DNA from: an uncultured Verrucomicrobiae bacterium
Lineage (GTDB): Bacteria; Verrucomicrobiota; Verrucomicrobiia; Chthoniobacterales; UBA10450
Assembly (NCBI GenBank): GCA_963756875.1
Contig: CAVWPA010000003.1
Coordinates: 608,001 to 672,000, forward strand
Direction: 5' to 3'
Length of the DNA stretch: 64,000 bases
Part shown: piece by piece, positions 30,501 to 41,033 of the stretch
How the letters are laid out: every line of letters starts with the position of its first letter
How positions within the stretch are numbered: the first letter of the stretch is position 1
Translations under genes and position numbers: made by a program
The notes under the pieces: model-generated
What the model saw: only the letters and a program-made list of their open reading frames with translations
Databases searched by the model: none
What the model was told of the DNA's origin: nothing

Positions 30501-31223
30501 CTGGATGGACCATATGTGAAACGTTTGCAGGCTTTGGCCGACATGTTTGTGCGCAAGAGCGTTTGGATTGTCGGCGGCGACGGCTGGGGCTACGACATTG
30601 GTTACGGCGGGCTCGATCACGTGCTGGCGAGCGGGCACAACGTGAAAGTGTTGCTGCTCGACACGGAGGTCTATTCCAACACCGGCGGGCAATGCTCCAA
30701 ATCGACGCCGCGCGCTGCGGTTGCCAAGTTTGCGTCCGGCGGCAAACGCGGACCCAAGAAGGACCTCGGACTGATGGCGATGAGTTACGGGACGATCTAT
30801 GTCGCGTCGGTGGCGATGGGGGCAAAGGATGAGCACACGTTGAAGGCGTTCCTGGAAGCCGAAGCCTATGATGGTCCCGCTATCATCATCGCGTACAGCC
30901 ATTGCATTGCGCACGGAATCAACATGACGACCGCGATGCAAAATCAAAAGGCGGCCGTGAACTCGGCGCAATGGCTTCTTTATCGGTACAACCCGGAGCG
31001 CGCGGCGATGGGCGACAACCCGCTTCAACTCGATTCCGCACCGGCCAGGATGAAAGTGGAGGATTATTTCAAGCTCGAGAACCGGTTTCGGATGCTGGGC
31101 AAGACACACCCGGCAGCCGCAAAAGAGCTGGCAAAGCGCGCGCAGGTGGACGCGAGCACTCGCCGCGAACTTTATGAATATCTCGCGGCCCGCAAATTTA
31201 CCACGGAGAAACCAACGTCATGA
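27564..31223 (+). CDS. nifJ: Pyruvate:ferredoxin (flavodoxin) oxidoreductase
   Basis: IYPITP, EMQSEGGAAG, two CxxCxxCxxxCP clusters, GACAGCGE, GDGWGYDIG; start uncertain (GTG 27564). Confidence 0.95.
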   Translation: MNAKSKTRIGRSNGKNSRANPAPDFKHERRPVSGDIPTTGHKTVDANEAVARVAYALNEVIAIYPITPASPMGEWADAWAANGVKNLWETVPYVVEMQSEGGAAGAIHGALQTGALSTTFTASQGLLLMIPNMYKIAGELTPTVFHIAARSVAGQALSIFGDHSDVMAARATGFAMLCSCSVQEAQDMALIAHAATLESRIPFLHFFDGFRTSHEISKIDVLADDVLREMIDETRILEHRARALSPDHPVVRGTAQNPDVFFQARETVNPFYAACPEIVQRTMDRFAELTKRRYSLFEYHGAPDARRVIVLMGSGCEAAHETVDFLNRQKEKVGVLKVRLYRPFDAKSFVKALPKTVRKIAVLDRTKEPGSSGEPLYLDCVNALYEQGRDEMRAVGGRYGLSSKEFTPAMVKAIFDNLAQPSPKNHFTIGINDDVSHSSIDFDPNFSIEAGDVVRAQFFGLGSDGTVGANKESIKIIGENTDYFAQGYFVYDSKKSGAITISHLRFGPRPIRSTYLITSANFIGCHQPFLLERFDVFKDLAPQGTILLNSPFGADQIWKHLPENAQRRLIEQRARFFVIDANKVARESGMGGRINTVMQTCFFAISGVLPRERAIAAIKDSIEKTYGKKGEEIVKRNLHAVDEALAHLHEVEVSGKMVTAEPGHNGQLQGAPPFVRNVLGEIMAGLGDRVPVSALPNDGTFPTGTAQWEKRNLALEVPVWDPAVCIQCGKCVMVCPHAVIRSKVYEAAVLPSAPASFKSHDARLPEWKELKYTLQVSAEDCTGCGICVDVCPARNKSEARFKAINMQPQAPLREAERANWNFFLSIPEMDRSRVALKSVREMQVEQPLFEFSGACAGCGETPYIKLLTQLFGDRLVIANATGCSSIYGGNLPTTPYAKNADGRGPAWANSLFEDNAEFGLGFRVSIDKQQEFAGELLQRLSPQVGRALATEILNARQRDEADIFDQRARVAELKHRLESLDGPYVKRLQALADMFVRKSVWIVGGDGWGYDIGYGGLDHVLASGHNVKVLLLDTEVYSNTGGQCSKSTPRAAVAKFASGGKRGPKKDLGLMAMSYGTIYVASVAMGAKDEHTLKAFLEAEAYDGPAIIIAYSHCIAHGINMTTAMQNQKAAVNSAQWLLYRYNPERAAMGDNPLQLDSAPARMKVEDYFKLENRFRMLGKTHPAAAKELAKRAQVDASTRRELYEYLAARKFTTEKPTS

Positions 31224-32221
31224 AACTGCGAACCACCTATCTTGGATTGAAGTTGCGGACGCCTCTCGTGCCGTCTGCATCGCCTCTTTCGGAACATCTC
31301 GACAATATCAAGCGAATGGAAGACGCGGGCGCGTCGGCCGTGGTCTTCCATTCGCTTTTCGAAGAACAACTGCGCCGCGAGCGTCACGAGTTGGAACATT
31401 ATCTCGATCAAGGAACGGAATCCTACGCCGAAGCGCTCAGTTATTTCCCGGAGCCACTCGAGTTCAAAGTGGGGCCGGAAGCTTATCTCGAACACATCGC
31501 GAAGGCGAAAGCCGCGGTCGACATCCCGATCATTGGCAGCCTCAATGGGACGACGTTTGGCGGCTGGATGAAGTATGCCCGGCAAATCGAAGAGGCGGGC
31601 GCGGATGCTCTGGAGCTGAACATTTATAACGTGCCCAGCGATCCCGACACGACCGCCGAAGATATTGAAAACGGTTACCTGACGATTCTCGCATCGGTGA
31701 GAGCGCAATTGAAGATTCCGGTAGCGATGAAACTAAGCCCGTTTTTCACAAATCTCGCGCGTTTCGCACGGAGCCTCGACCGGCAGGGGGTCAACGGGCT
31801 CGTGCTCTTCAACCGGTTTTATCAACCGGACATCGAAATCGAGACGCTGGAGGTCAGCCCGAACGTGCTTCTGAGCACACCGATGGCGATGCGTTTACCG
31901 ATGCGATGGATTGCGCTTCTGTACAGCCGGATTAACGCAAGTCTTGCGGCGACCAGCGGAATTCATCGCGCCACGGACGCGCTGAAAATGCTAATGGCCG
32001 GTGCTGACGTGACGATGCTCTGTTCGGTGTTGTTGCGGCGCGGAATCGATCATATTCGAGTGATCGAACGCGAAATGCTGGAGTGGATGGAGGAACACGA
32101 ATACGAGTCGGTAGAACAACTCAAAGGCAGCATGAGCCAGAAGAATTGTCCCGACCCGGCCGCATTTGAGCGCGCGCAGTATATGCGGGCGCTTTCCACC
32201 TATCCCGTGGCGGACGTGTAG
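31220..32221 (+). CDS. Dihydroorotate dehydrogenase-like protein
   Basis: LELN, KLSPFF, LFNRFYQPD; overlaps the nifJ stop (ATGA). Confidence 0.88.
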   Translation: MKLRTTYLGLKLRTPLVPSASPLSEHLDNIKRMEDAGASAVVFHSLFEEQLRRERHELEHYLDQGTESYAEALSYFPEPLEFKVGPEAYLEHIAKAKAAVDIPIIGSLNGTTFGGWMKYARQIEEAGADALELNIYNVPSDPDTTAEDIENGYLTILASVRAQLKIPVAMKLSPFFTNLARFARSLDRQGVNGLVLFNRFYQPDIEIETLEVSPNVLLSTPMAMRLPMRWIALLYSRINASLAATSGIHRATDALKMLMAGADVTMLCSVLLRRGIDHIRVIEREMLEWMEEHEYESVEQLKGSMSQKNCPDPAAFERAQYMRALSTYPVADV

Positions 32222-32282
32222 GGGAAGGCCTCAAAACAGAGGTTACGGATAACTGATAACGGCCTGCGTCTGCGCGGCCCGC

Positions 32283-33260
32283 CTACCAGCCGAGGACCTT
32301 GGCGAAGACGAGCGGGGCGACGATTGTGGCGTCGGATTCGATGATGTATTTCGGGGTATCGACGTTCAGTTTTCCCCAGGTGATTTTTTCGTTAGGCACG
32401 GCGCCGGAATACGATCCGAAGCTGGTGGTGGAATCGCTGATCTGGCAGAAATAACCCCACTCGGGAACGAGTGTACGGACCACATCCTGATTGAGCATGG
32501 GCACGACGCAGATCGGGAAATCGCCTGCGATTCCGCCGCCGATCTGGAAAAATCCGATGGAGGAACCAGCTGACGCGCGGCGATACCAATCCGCCAATTC
32601 GATCATGTATTCGATTCCGGAACGCACGGTATGAATGTCGCCGATCTCCCCTGTAATGCAGCGGGCGGCATAGATATTTCCCAGGGTTGAATCTTCCCAC
32701 CCGGGAACGAACAACGGAAGATTCTTATGGGCGGCGGCGATCATCCAACTGTCCGCCGGATCGATTTCATAGAATTTCTTAAGCGGACATTCCCGCAGGA
32801 TCTTGAAAAGAAATTCGTGCGGGAAAAAGTGTTCCTTCTTTTTTGAGGCGGCGATCCATTCGTCGATGACTACCTTCTCGATCCGGCGAATTGCTTCTTC
32901 CTCCGGGATGCAGGTGTCGGTGACCCGGTTCAAATGACGAGCGAGGAGTTCTTTCTCCTGCTGCGGGCTCAGCTCCCGATAATTTGGAATGCGCTCGTAT
33001 TTGCTGCGCGCGACGAGATTAAAAAGATCTTCTTCCAGGTTCGCGCCGGTGCAGGCGATGGCATGGACTTTGTCCTGCCGGATCATTTCCGCGAGCGACA
33101 CACCCAATTCGGCCGTGCTCATCGCGCCGGCAAGCGTGATCATCATTTTTCCGCCATGATCGAGATGGGCAATGTAGGCATCCGCGGCATCCTTGACCAC
33201 GGCGGCGTTAAAGTGCCGGTAATGGCGGTCAATGAATTGACTGATGCTGCCTGACTTCAT
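32283..33260 (-). CDS. Deoxyhypusine synthase family protein
   Basis: GAMSTAE, TGANLEED, IGGG, GSYSGAVPNEKITWGK, SDATIVAP. Confidence 0.9.
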   Translation of the reverse strand: MKSGSISQFIDRHYRHFNAAVVKDAADAYIAHLDHGGKMMITLAGAMSTAELGVSLAEMIRQDKVHAIACTGANLEEDLFNLVARSKYERIPNYRELSPQQEKELLARHLNRVTDTCIPEEEAIRRIEKVVIDEWIAASKKKEHFFPHEFLFKILRECPLKKFYEIDPADSWMIAAAHKNLPLFVPGWEDSTLGNIYAARCITGEIGDIHTVRSGIEYMIELADWYRRASAGSSIGFFQIGGGIAGDFPICVVPMLNQDVVRTLVPEWGYFCQISDSTTSFGSYSGAVPNEKITWGKLNVDTPKYIIESDATIVAPLVFAKVLGW

Positions 33261-33341
33261 TGATCCACTTTTCCTATCTGCGTTGCTCGCTGTCGATGCA
33301 AAAATTTTATGAATCGGGAGCCGAAGTCCAGTCGTCGATTT

Positions 33342-34892
33342 TTACGGGAGGGCGGCGAGAATTCGTGCGGTTAATGTTCCCGGCAGGATCCCCAGGAAAA
33401 GAACCAGAAGCACCAGAGCAGACAGCGTGACTCGTTGGAGGAAATCTCCGGACATTGAGCGATCGGGCGGTCGAGCTGTTGATGGTGCCGGCTTGTCCAC
33501 AAAGATCACTTTTAGCACCATCAGGTAATAATAGAGCGAGACGAAGCTGCCAAAGAGGGCGATTGCCACGAGCCAGAGCAGGCCGTGGTTTCCTCCGGCC
33601 CGCAACGCCGCGCTGAACAGGTAGAATTTGCCGAAAAAGCCGGGCAGCGGAGGCATACCGGCGAGCGACAACATGAAAACCGTCATGCACCCCGCAGCCA
33701 GGCCGGATCCCCGTCGCGACGAGAGGCCGGCAAAGTCTTTGAGGTCATCGCCCCCAGTTTCGCGGCGCACGATCGCGACAACGCTGAATGCGCCGATGAG
33801 TGTGACCGCGTAGACGGTTGTGTAAAACAAGGTCGCAGAGAATCCGGTGCGCCCTCCGGCGACCAGGCCAAGCAATGTGTAACCGCCGTGGGCGACCGCG
33901 GAGTAGGCCAGCAGGCGGCGCACATTCGACTGGACGAGAGCGACGAAATTGCCAACGAGGATCGACAATGCCGCCAGCACGGCGAGCACCGGCGACCAGC
34001 CGGCAGCCATTGCATGCCACGCAGCGCTGCCATGAACCGGCCCAAAGCCGACCAGCACGATTTTTCCGAGCACAACGAATGAAGCGACCTTTGAGCCGGA
34101 GGCGATGAATGCCGCGCTTGAGATGGGCGCACCCTGATAAACATCCGGCGCCCAAAGATGAAACGGCGCGGCTGCGATCTTGAATGAGAACCCGACGAGA
34201 GTCATCACGATCCCCACGGCGAGCAGCGGCGGGAGGGAGCTGGTCGTCAACGCCTGTGCGATCGCGGCCAGGCCGACTGTCCCGGACATTCCATAGACAA
34301 AACTGATTCCAAAAAGTGTGAACGCGCTTGCCGTGCTGCCGAACAGAAAATATTTCAGACCCGCCTCTGCGGAACGCAGATCGGTTTTGTCGAACGCGGC
34401 CATCACGTACAGCGAGAGGCCGAGAAGCTCGAGACCGATAAAGATCATTAGCAAATTTTCGCTCCCCACGAGAAGGAGCAGCCCGAGTGTCGCGAGCAAC
34501 AGGATGGCCAGATATTCGCCCTGGTTCCGTAATGGTTTTCCCGATTGCGTCAGCAATACGGTGAAAAAGGCGAGCCCAAGACAGATGACTTTGAACAGCG
34601 AATTCAACGGCGAAATTACAAGCATCCCGCCGAAGAGCGTTGCGTTTTTCGGTAACATGAACACGGCGCCAATGGCGACGATGAGTCCGAGCGCGGCGAC
34701 AAACGAACAAAACGCAGCCGCTTGCTCGCGAACATCATTTGGGGTCCCGTTGGCAGATCCGCCTGGTTTTGCAGGCGACACGCCAGCCTTCGTTCTTCGA
34801 CCGCCCGCCAGCCCAATAGCGAGAACGACGAGTGCCGTCACAACGACGATCGCTTCCGGCGACGCGAGCTTAAGAAGTTCGAGATAGGACAT
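33342..34892 (-). CDS. nuoN: NADH-quinone oxidoreductase subunit N
   Basis: EAGLKYF, FKIAAAPFHLWAPDVYQGAP, RLLAYS, GFFGKF. Confidence 0.92.
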   Translation of the reverse strand: MSYLELLKLASPEAIVVVTALVVLAIGLAGGRRTKAGVSPAKPGGSANGTPNDVREQAAAFCSFVAALGLIVAIGAVFMLPKNATLFGGMLVISPLNSLFKVICLGLAFFTVLLTQSGKPLRNQGEYLAILLLATLGLLLLVGSENLLMIFIGLELLGLSLYVMAAFDKTDLRSAEAGLKYFLFGSTASAFTLFGISFVYGMSGTVGLAAIAQALTTSSLPPLLAVGIVMTLVGFSFKIAAAPFHLWAPDVYQGAPISSAAFIASGSKVASFVVLGKIVLVGFGPVHGSAAWHAMAAGWSPVLAVLAALSILVGNFVALVQSNVRRLLAYSAVAHGGYTLLGLVAGGRTGFSATLFYTTVYAVTLIGAFSVVAIVRRETGGDDLKDFAGLSSRRGSGLAAGCMTVFMLSLAGMPPLPGFFGKFYLFSAALRAGGNHGLLWLVAIALFGSFVSLYYYLMVLKVIFVDKPAPSTARPPDRSMSGDFLQRVTLSALVLLVLFLGILPGTLTARILAALP

Positions 34893-34909
34893 TGTTACAG
34901 CGTTAGATC

Positions 34910-36376
34910 TCAAGGTTTCAGAAAGCGCATCGCCTCAACCGCGGGTTGAATACGATCGAGTAGAAGTCTCGGGTAAAGCCCGATGGCGAGTGTTGCGAAC
35001 ATGAGCAGGCAGGCGCCGCACTTTTCCGCAATTGTGATCGGCGGGAGATTGTGGGGCGGGGGAGATTCAGCTGTTGATGTCGCGCTGCTTTCACCGAAAA
35101 ACGATTGTTTGAGCGCGCGCAGGGTAAACGCCGCCACCAGAACCATGCCGGCGCCCGTAATCCACACTGCGACGGGATAGGTTTTCCACACACCGAGCAG
35201 GATGGTGATTTCGGCCGCGAACCCGCTGAATCCCGGAATGCCGATCGATGCGGCGCATGCGATGACAAATGTGAACGCCGCAAACGGCAGCGCGCGCCCC
35301 AGATTCATACCCGAAAGATCGCTGAGCTCGCGCGTGTGGGTGCGGCGATAGATCATGCGCCCGGCAACGGCGAAGAGCAGGGCGGCAATCACGCCATGCG
35401 AAAACATTTGCAGCACCGCGCCCGACACACCGAGCACGTTGGCCGTTGCCAGTCCGAGTAGGACGAAACCCATGTGGCTGACGCTTGAATAACCAATGAC
35501 GAATTTCAGATCGCGTTGGCGCAACGCGACGGCCGCAGCATACAGAATTCCAATGACGGCGAGGACGGCGATCCATTTGCTCCACATGTGAAAGCCTTGC
35601 GGAAACAGATTCATGGCAACGCGCAGGCCGGCGTAGGCACCGAGTTTCATCACAATGCCTGCGAGCAGCATCGAACCTGCGGTCGGCGCGGCGACGTGAC
35701 CGGTTGGCGCCCAGGTGTGCAGCGGCCAGACGCCGGCGAGAACGGCGAACCCAAGAAACAAGAGTGGGAACGCCCAGGCCTGCAGTTGCGGCCCGAATTG
35801 AATTTGGGTGAGCTGATTCAGGTCAAGCGAGCCGGCCGTCACATACGTCACGAGAATTCCGAAGAAAACCAGCGCGCCGCCGAAAAAAGAATAAAGCGTC
35901 AGTTTCATCGCGCCGTACTCCTTGTTGGTGGATCCCCAGATGGCGATGAGGAAATACTTGGGAACGATTACCAATTCGTAGAACGCGAACAGGAGGAAGA
36001 GATCGGCGCTGAGAAATACGCCGTATGAGCCGCCGACTACCAGGAGCAGCCAAAAGAAAAATTGATTTTGGCGATCTTCGACGTCCCAGGAAAAGAGCAC
36101 CGAGCTGACCGCGGCGATGCCGGTGACAAGGACCATCGTGAGGCTGACGCCATCGAACGCCAGATGAAAATTCGCCCCGAGCGCCGGCACCCATGGCACG
36201 CTTACGATCGTGGTGAAATGCGCAAGATCGGCGATCGGTATTCGAAACAGCGCGATGAGTCCGAGGACAAAGCCGGCGATCGTCGTGGCCAGCGCGATCC
36301 AGCGTGAAAGAACGCGCGGCATGAACAGCAGCAGGATCGCCCCGCCAAACGTAATGTAAATCGTCCAGGCGATCAT
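34910..36376 (-). CDS. nuoM: NADH-quinone oxidoreductase subunit M, second copy
   Basis: [36 protein letters not shown]. Confidence 0.88.
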   Translation of the reverse strand: MIAWTIYITFGGAILLLFMPRVLSRWIALATTIAGFVLGLIALFRIPIADLAHFTTIVSVPWVPALGANFHLAFDGVSLTMVLVTGIAAVSSVLFSWDVEDRQNQFFFWLLLVVGGSYGVFLSADLFLLFAFYELVIVPKYFLIAIWGSTNKEYGAMKLTLYSFFGGALVFFGILVTYVTAGSLDLNQLTQIQFGPQLQAWAFPLLFLGFAVLAGVWPLHTWAPTGHVAAPTAGSMLLAGIVMKLGAYAGLRVAMNLFPQGFHMWSKWIAVLAVIGILYAAAVALRQRDLKFVIGYSSVSHMGFVLLGLATANVLGVSGAVLQMFSHGVIAALLFAVAGRMIYRRTHTRELSDLSGMNLGRALPFAAFTFVIACAASIGIPGFSGFAAEITILLGVWKTYPVAVWITGAGMVLVAAFTLRALKQSFFGESSATSTAESPPPHNLPPITIAEKCGACLLMFATLAIGLYPRLLLDRIQPAVEAMRFLKP

Positions 36377-36927
36377 TGATGATTCCGTGTGCTGTAACGC
36401 GCGGATCTTTCACGAGCGTGAAACCCTATCTCGCGTCGCGGCTTCTCCGGCGGCAACATCAATTGCCGGATCGCTTCGATGATCGCGCCAATCTCTTGGT
36501 CGTGTTTGCCGACACGCCTTCGCAGTTCCTCAAATTTTTGCGCTAGTTCCCGGTTGGTCTCGAGCATTCCGCGCAACTTTACGAAGGCGCGCATGATGGC
36601 GATGTTTACCTTTATTGCGCGCTTACTGTTAAGAACGCTGGATAACATCGCTACGCCCTGTTCCGTAAATGCATAGGGAAAATGCCGACGACCACCGCGC
36701 TTTTTTGATATTCCAGATTGGAATCTCAAAGCTTTCGCCTCGTCGACAGTAAGTTGAAACATGAAATCCGAGGGAAATCGCTCAGCATTGCGCCTGGCCG
36801 CCTTATTCAGATTCCCTGTCGTTACGCCATAAAGCTCGGCAAGATCGGAATCGAGCAGGACTTTCTGGCCGCGTATCCATCGTATCGCCTGCATTACACT
36901 ACTGGCAGGGACAATTTCTTGTTTCAT
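36373..36927 (-). CDS. ORF6N domain DNA-binding protein
   Basis: [49 protein letters not shown] tail. Confidence 0.92.
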   Translation of the reverse strand: MKQEIVPASSVMQAIRWIRGQKVLLDSDLAELYGVTTGNLNKAARRNAERFPSDFMFQLTVDEAKALRFQSGISKKRGGRRHFPYAFTEQGVAMLSSVLNSKRAIKVNIAIMRAFVKLRGMLETNRELAQKFEELRRRVGKHDQEIGAIIEAIRQLMLPPEKPRREIGFHARERSARYSTRNHQ

Positions 36928-36940
36928 GGGAATGCAACTG

Positions 36941-38416
36941 TCACGTAAACAGATGCGCCATTTGCGCGACGGTTGTGTTAAAGATGTTCAAGATGAATTG
37001 CGGGGCGATGCCGATGGCAAACATGAGCAGCGTCACCGGTACGACGACGAATTTCTCGCTTCGGCGAATTTCCGGAAACGCGCTGCAACTTTGCGTGAGA
37101 GGACCGCTGAAGAGCGCCTGCATTGCACGCATGAATGTGATCGCGGTAAATAACAGGCCGAGCACGGCAATCGCTGTAAAGGAGGCGGCGATAGAAAAGG
37201 ATCCCTTAAAGATGAGAAATTCGCCGATGAATCCGTTCAGGCCCGGCAGACCGAGCGATGAGAACATGGCGACACTCATCCAGCCGCAGAGCAACGGCGT
37301 GCGTTGCATTAGTCCGCCAAAATTGTCAATACCGCGCAGGCCGCGCCGTTGTTCGAGCAGACCGACGTAGTAGAACAACGCTGCCGCGGTGATGCCGTGA
37401 TTGAAAATTTGCATGAACACGCCGCTCAATGCCGCCTGAGTGTCGATCCCGGCGGCGACAACGGGCGTTGCGCCGACTGCGAAGAGACCGAGCATGCAAT
37501 AGCCGAGATGGTTCACTGACAGGTAGGCGACCATCCGTTTCAGATCGGATTGGGCCCACGCGGCCAGTGAGGAAAACACAATCGAGCACACGGCAAGACC
37601 AAGCAGCCACGGGCCCGCAATTTTGAGTTCGTTAGGGAAAAGTGGAAGTAACAGGCGCGCGAAACCGTAGACGCCCATCTTTGAAAGAACGCCCGTCAAT
37701 ACCATGGAGACGCCGGTGGGCGCCGTTTCGTACGCGTCCGGCAACCAGGTATGAAATGGAAACAGCGGCACCTTGACCGCCAGCCCAAGGAAGATTCCCG
37801 CAAAGGCGAACCAGACGAGTTTGCCGGGGATCAGGCCATGTTTTCCAAGACCAGCGAGCGTGGCGAAATCGAACGTGCCTCGGGCGAAATAGATTCCCAG
37901 GAACGCGAGCAGCATGGCGACGCTGCCGAGAAAAGTGTAAACAAAAAACTTTGTGGCGGCGCGATCCCGGTTTTCGCCGCCCCAGATTTTGATGAGCAAA
38001 AACGCAGGGATCAGGCTCATCTCGTAAAACAAAAACCAAAGAATGAAATTCTGTGCGGTGAACGTTCCGTAGAGCGCCGACTGCGTGATCAGCATCAGCG
38101 CGCAGAAACCGCGATTCGATCGTTGCGCGAAGAACGCGAACGGAATGACCAGCGACGTCAGCAAAACGAGCAACAGGCTCAAGCCGTCGACTCCGACGAG
38201 ATATTCGGCGCCGATCGCAGGAATCCATGCGTGGCGTTCGACGGCCTGAAGACCGGTCGCGTGCAGGTCGAATTTTTGCCAGAGCATTAAGGCGTAGAAC
38301 GCCGACAGCGCGTTGAAAAGAAGAGCGACGGTGCGCGCGTTCTTCGGCCGCCCCACGTAGAGCGCCAATACGCCGACGAGCGGAATAATGATCAGCGCTG
38401 TGATCAAGCCAACCAT
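36941..38416 (-). CDS. nuoM: NADH-quinone oxidoreductase subunit M
   Basis: [33 protein letters not shown]. Confidence 0.9.
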   Translation of the reverse strand: MVGLITALIIIPLVGVLALYVGRPKNARTVALLFNALSAFYALMLWQKFDLHATGLQAVERHAWIPAIGAEYLVGVDGLSLLLVLLTSLVIPFAFFAQRSNRGFCALMLITQSALYGTFTAQNFILWFLFYEMSLIPAFLLIKIWGGENRDRAATKFFVYTFLGSVAMLLAFLGIYFARGTFDFATLAGLGKHGLIPGKLVWFAFAGIFLGLAVKVPLFPFHTWLPDAYETAPTGVSMVLTGVLSKMGVYGFARLLLPLFPNELKIAGPWLLGLAVCSIVFSSLAAWAQSDLKRMVAYLSVNHLGYCMLGLFAVGATPVVAAGIDTQAALSGVFMQIFNHGITAAALFYYVGLLEQRRGLRGIDNFGGLMQRTPLLCGWMSVAMFSSLGLPGLNGFIGEFLIFKGSFSIAASFTAIAVLGLLFTAITFMRAMQALFSGPLTQSCSAFPEIRRSEKFVVVPVTLLMFAIGIAPQFILNIFNTTVAQMAHLFT

Positions 38417-40377
38417 GCGTAAAGAAGCAATAGCGCGAGCATGCCAACCGCGATGACAGCGAGATAAATCTGGATTTGCCCGGAATGCAGCGCCGAGACG
38501 ACACGCCCCAGACCGCGGGCGCCGACGGTGGTCTCATCCACTCCGGCGTTGATGCCGCGCTCGTCAAAGTTCGCGGTGAAAATTCCAAGAAGCTGTCCCA
38601 GCCCGCCGACTGCGCGGACCAGGCCGTCCCAGACGTAGCGATCCATCCAGTCGGCCAATCGAGAAAGCATTCTGCAGAACGCGATGATGGTTCCGGCGTA
38701 GAGTTCGTCGAGCCACATTCTGTTTTCGAGAAAGCGAAACAGGCCGGGTTGTGCCCGGGCAAGGGGGTCGATCTCGCCGGCGTTTCGGTAGATGAAAACG
38801 CCGATGCAAATGCTTCCGACGACGAGCACCAGGGAAACGAGGATCATCGGTTGGAATACGCGCGCGAAGTCGAAGTGCGGCGTTTCTCCGATCAGATAAT
38901 CGTGCAGCCACGGCCACGCCGGCGTGAGCACAAAGCTGAGGAGAACGGTGCAAACCGCCAGCACGATCAACGGTCTGGTCATGACCGGCGGACTTTCATG
39001 CGCATGCTCGGAAGCGGACCGCCTGTTTCCGAAGAAGACGTACATCACCTGTCGCGTCATATAGAGCGCGGTGAGAATGACGCCTACGATCATGAGATAG
39101 TGCGGCACAGAGGAACTCGGCCAACGCGCGGTGAAATGCAGGATTTCTTCCTTCGTCCAACCTCCTGAAAAAAAGAGCGGCATACCACTAAGGCTCAGCA
39201 TACCGACGGCGTATGTAAGAAAGGTGACCGGCATGAGCTTCCGCAGGCCGCCCATCTTGCGAATGTCCTGTTCGTGATGGCAGCCCTGGATGACCGATCC
39301 GGCTCCAAGGAAGAGCAGGGCTTTGAAAAAGCCGTGCGCAAGCAGATGCATGATTCCGGCCGCAACGCCGCCCACGCCTAACGAGACCATCATCAATCCC
39401 AATTGCGAAATCGTTGAGTAAGCCAGAATGCGTTTGATGTCCGGTTGCGCGAGCGCAATCAGGGCCGACATCAGCGCGGTGATTACGCCGATCCATACAA
39501 CCACCGTGAGCGATGGCGTGACGCCGTTTATTGCGCCCAGGGAAAAAAGCGGATAGACGCGCGCGACCAAAAACACACCTGCCGCAACCATGGTCGCCGC
39601 GTGGATCAACGCGCTGACCGGCGTGGGACCTTCCATTGCGTCCGGTAGCCACACGTGAAGCGGAAATTGGCCGGACTTCCCAGCCGCGCCGCAGAAAATC
39701 AGGAGCGCGATGAACGTGGCGCCGGCGCCAAGCGCCGTCAGGGCCGTATTTTCGAGACAGCCGTTTCCGGAATCGTAGAAAAGCAGTGTGCCGCTCCGAC
39801 TGTAGAGCCAAAGCATGCCGAGAAAAAATCCGAGATCGCCGATGCGTGTGGTGATGAACGCTTTCTTTGCCGCAGCCGCAGCGCTCGGCCGGTCGATCCA
39901 AAATCCGATGAGCAGATAGGAAGCGAGTCCGACCAGTTCCCAGCAGACAAAAAGAAACAGCAGGCTGTTTGCAATGACCACGCCAAGCATCGCAGCGGAA
40001 AAGAACGAAAGGTACGCAAAGAAACGGGTGAAGTTTTTGTCCTCCGCCATGTAGCCGATGCTGAAAACGAAAATGCAAAGGCCGACCAGCGTGATCATGA
40101 CCAGCATTGCGGCAGCGAGCGGATCGAGCACCCAGCCAATCCGCAACGCGTGTTCGCCAAACGTGAACCAGGTAAAATTCCGCACCGCACGGAAGCCAGG
40201 CGTTTGCATCGCGGTCACAAACGCGAAGATCGACAATGCCAGCGCAATAAGCTGTCCGATGATTGCGAAGGCTGCGGCGCTGCGTCGTTGCGAATTAGGG
40301 AAGCTCAGAATCAGGAACGCGATAGCCAGCGGCACGGCCGGAATCAGGCCCAGATTGATTACGATCCAACTGTTCAT
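38404..40377 (-). CDS. nuoL: NADH-quinone oxidoreductase subunit L with extended lateral helix
   Basis: WELVG..SYLLIGFW, KSGQFPLHVWLPDAMEGPTPVSALIH, HGFFKALLFL; duplicated 26-aa segment at the C-terminus. Confidence 0.93.
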   Translation of the reverse strand: MNSWIVINLGLIPAVPLAIAFLILSFPNSQRRSAAAFAIIGQLIALALSIFAFVTAMQTPGFRAVRNFTWFTFGEHALRIGWVLDPLAAAMLVMITLVGLCIFVFSIGYMAEDKNFTRFFAYLSFFSAAMLGVVIANSLLFLFVCWELVGLASYLLIGFWIDRPSAAAAAKKAFITTRIGDLGFFLGMLWLYSRSGTLLFYDSGNGCLENTALTALGAGATFIALLIFCGAAGKSGQFPLHVWLPDAMEGPTPVSALIHAATMVAAGVFLVARVYPLFSLGAINGVTPSLTVVVWIGVITALMSALIALAQPDIKRILAYSTISQLGLMMVSLGVGGVAAGIMHLLAHGFFKALLFLGAGSVIQGCHHEQDIRKMGGLRKLMPVTFLTYAVGMLSLSGMPLFFSGGWTKEEILHFTARWPSSSVPHYLMIVGVILTALYMTRQVMYVFFGNRRSASEHAHESPPVMTRPLIVLAVCTVLLSFVLTPAWPWLHDYLIGETPHFDFARVFQPMILVSLVLVVGSICIGVFIYRNAGEIDPLARAQPGLFRFLENRMWLDELYAGTIIAFCRMLSRLADWMDRYVWDGLVRAVGGLGQLLGIFTANFDERGINAGVDETTVGARGLGRVVSALHSGQIQIYLAVIAVGMLALLLLYAWLA

Positions 40378-40528
40378 GCTTTTGCAGACAGAAAACGTCC
40401 AACGCGCCTGCGCCGAGCTGTAGCCCCCCAGGCTTTTAACTCCCAAAGCTTTCGCGAGCGGGCTGCCCAGCACTTTATGTCCAAATCAAGGAAGACTCTG
40501 GCTCGTGATCGGTGGCCTTGAATCATAA

Positions 40529-40843
40529 TCATCCTTTGAGCTGGTCGAACTGCTCGACGTTGGTGGTTCGATAATGGCGATAAACAGCAATGACCAACGC
40601 GAGTCCAACGGCGACTTCGGCGGCGGAGATGGCGATGGAAAAGATGGCAATCATGACGCCGACGGGTGGTTGCGGTTGCGAGCCGAAGCGCCAGAAGGCG
40701 ATGAAATTGAGGTTGGCCGCGGCGAGCATCAGCTCGATGCCGATGAGAATGAAGATCGCGCTGCGCCGGCTAAGTGCGGCGAGCAAGCCGGTGCAAAACA
40801 GTGCCGCGGAAACGATGAGAAACATCTGAAGGGTGGGTGTCAT
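40529..40843 (-). CDS. nuoK: NADH-quinone oxidoreductase subunit K
   Basis: IELMLAAANLNF, AAEVAVGLAL. Confidence 0.92.
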   Translation of the reverse strand: MTPTLQMFLIVSAALFCTGLLAALSRRSAIFILIGIELMLAAANLNFIAFWRFGSQPQPPVGVMIAIFSIAISAAEVAVGLALVIAVYRHYRTTNVEQFDQLKG

Positions 40844-40863
40844 CGCGCGGGGCCCGTCTGGAT

Positions 40864-41009
40864 TGGGGAGCGCACGCGCCTCGCGTGCTCTTTCCGACGC
40901 CTCGCCGGAAAGCTTGGCCCGAACGCCGAAAACGAGATTGATCCGTCCCCGACAAAGTTCGCGATCGCGAGGGCGCGATCGCCGGCACGCGAGGCGCGTG
41001 CGCTCCCCA
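40864..41009. repeat. REPIN-like element (25-bp perfect inverted repeats) between nuoJ and nuoK
   Basis: TGGGGAGCGCACGCGCCTCGCGTGC ... GCACGCGAGGCGCGTGCGCTCCCCA; the right half recurs at 18508-18562. Confidence 0.9.
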
Positions 41010-41033
41010 GACGAAGAATTGCGCTTCGCAGCG

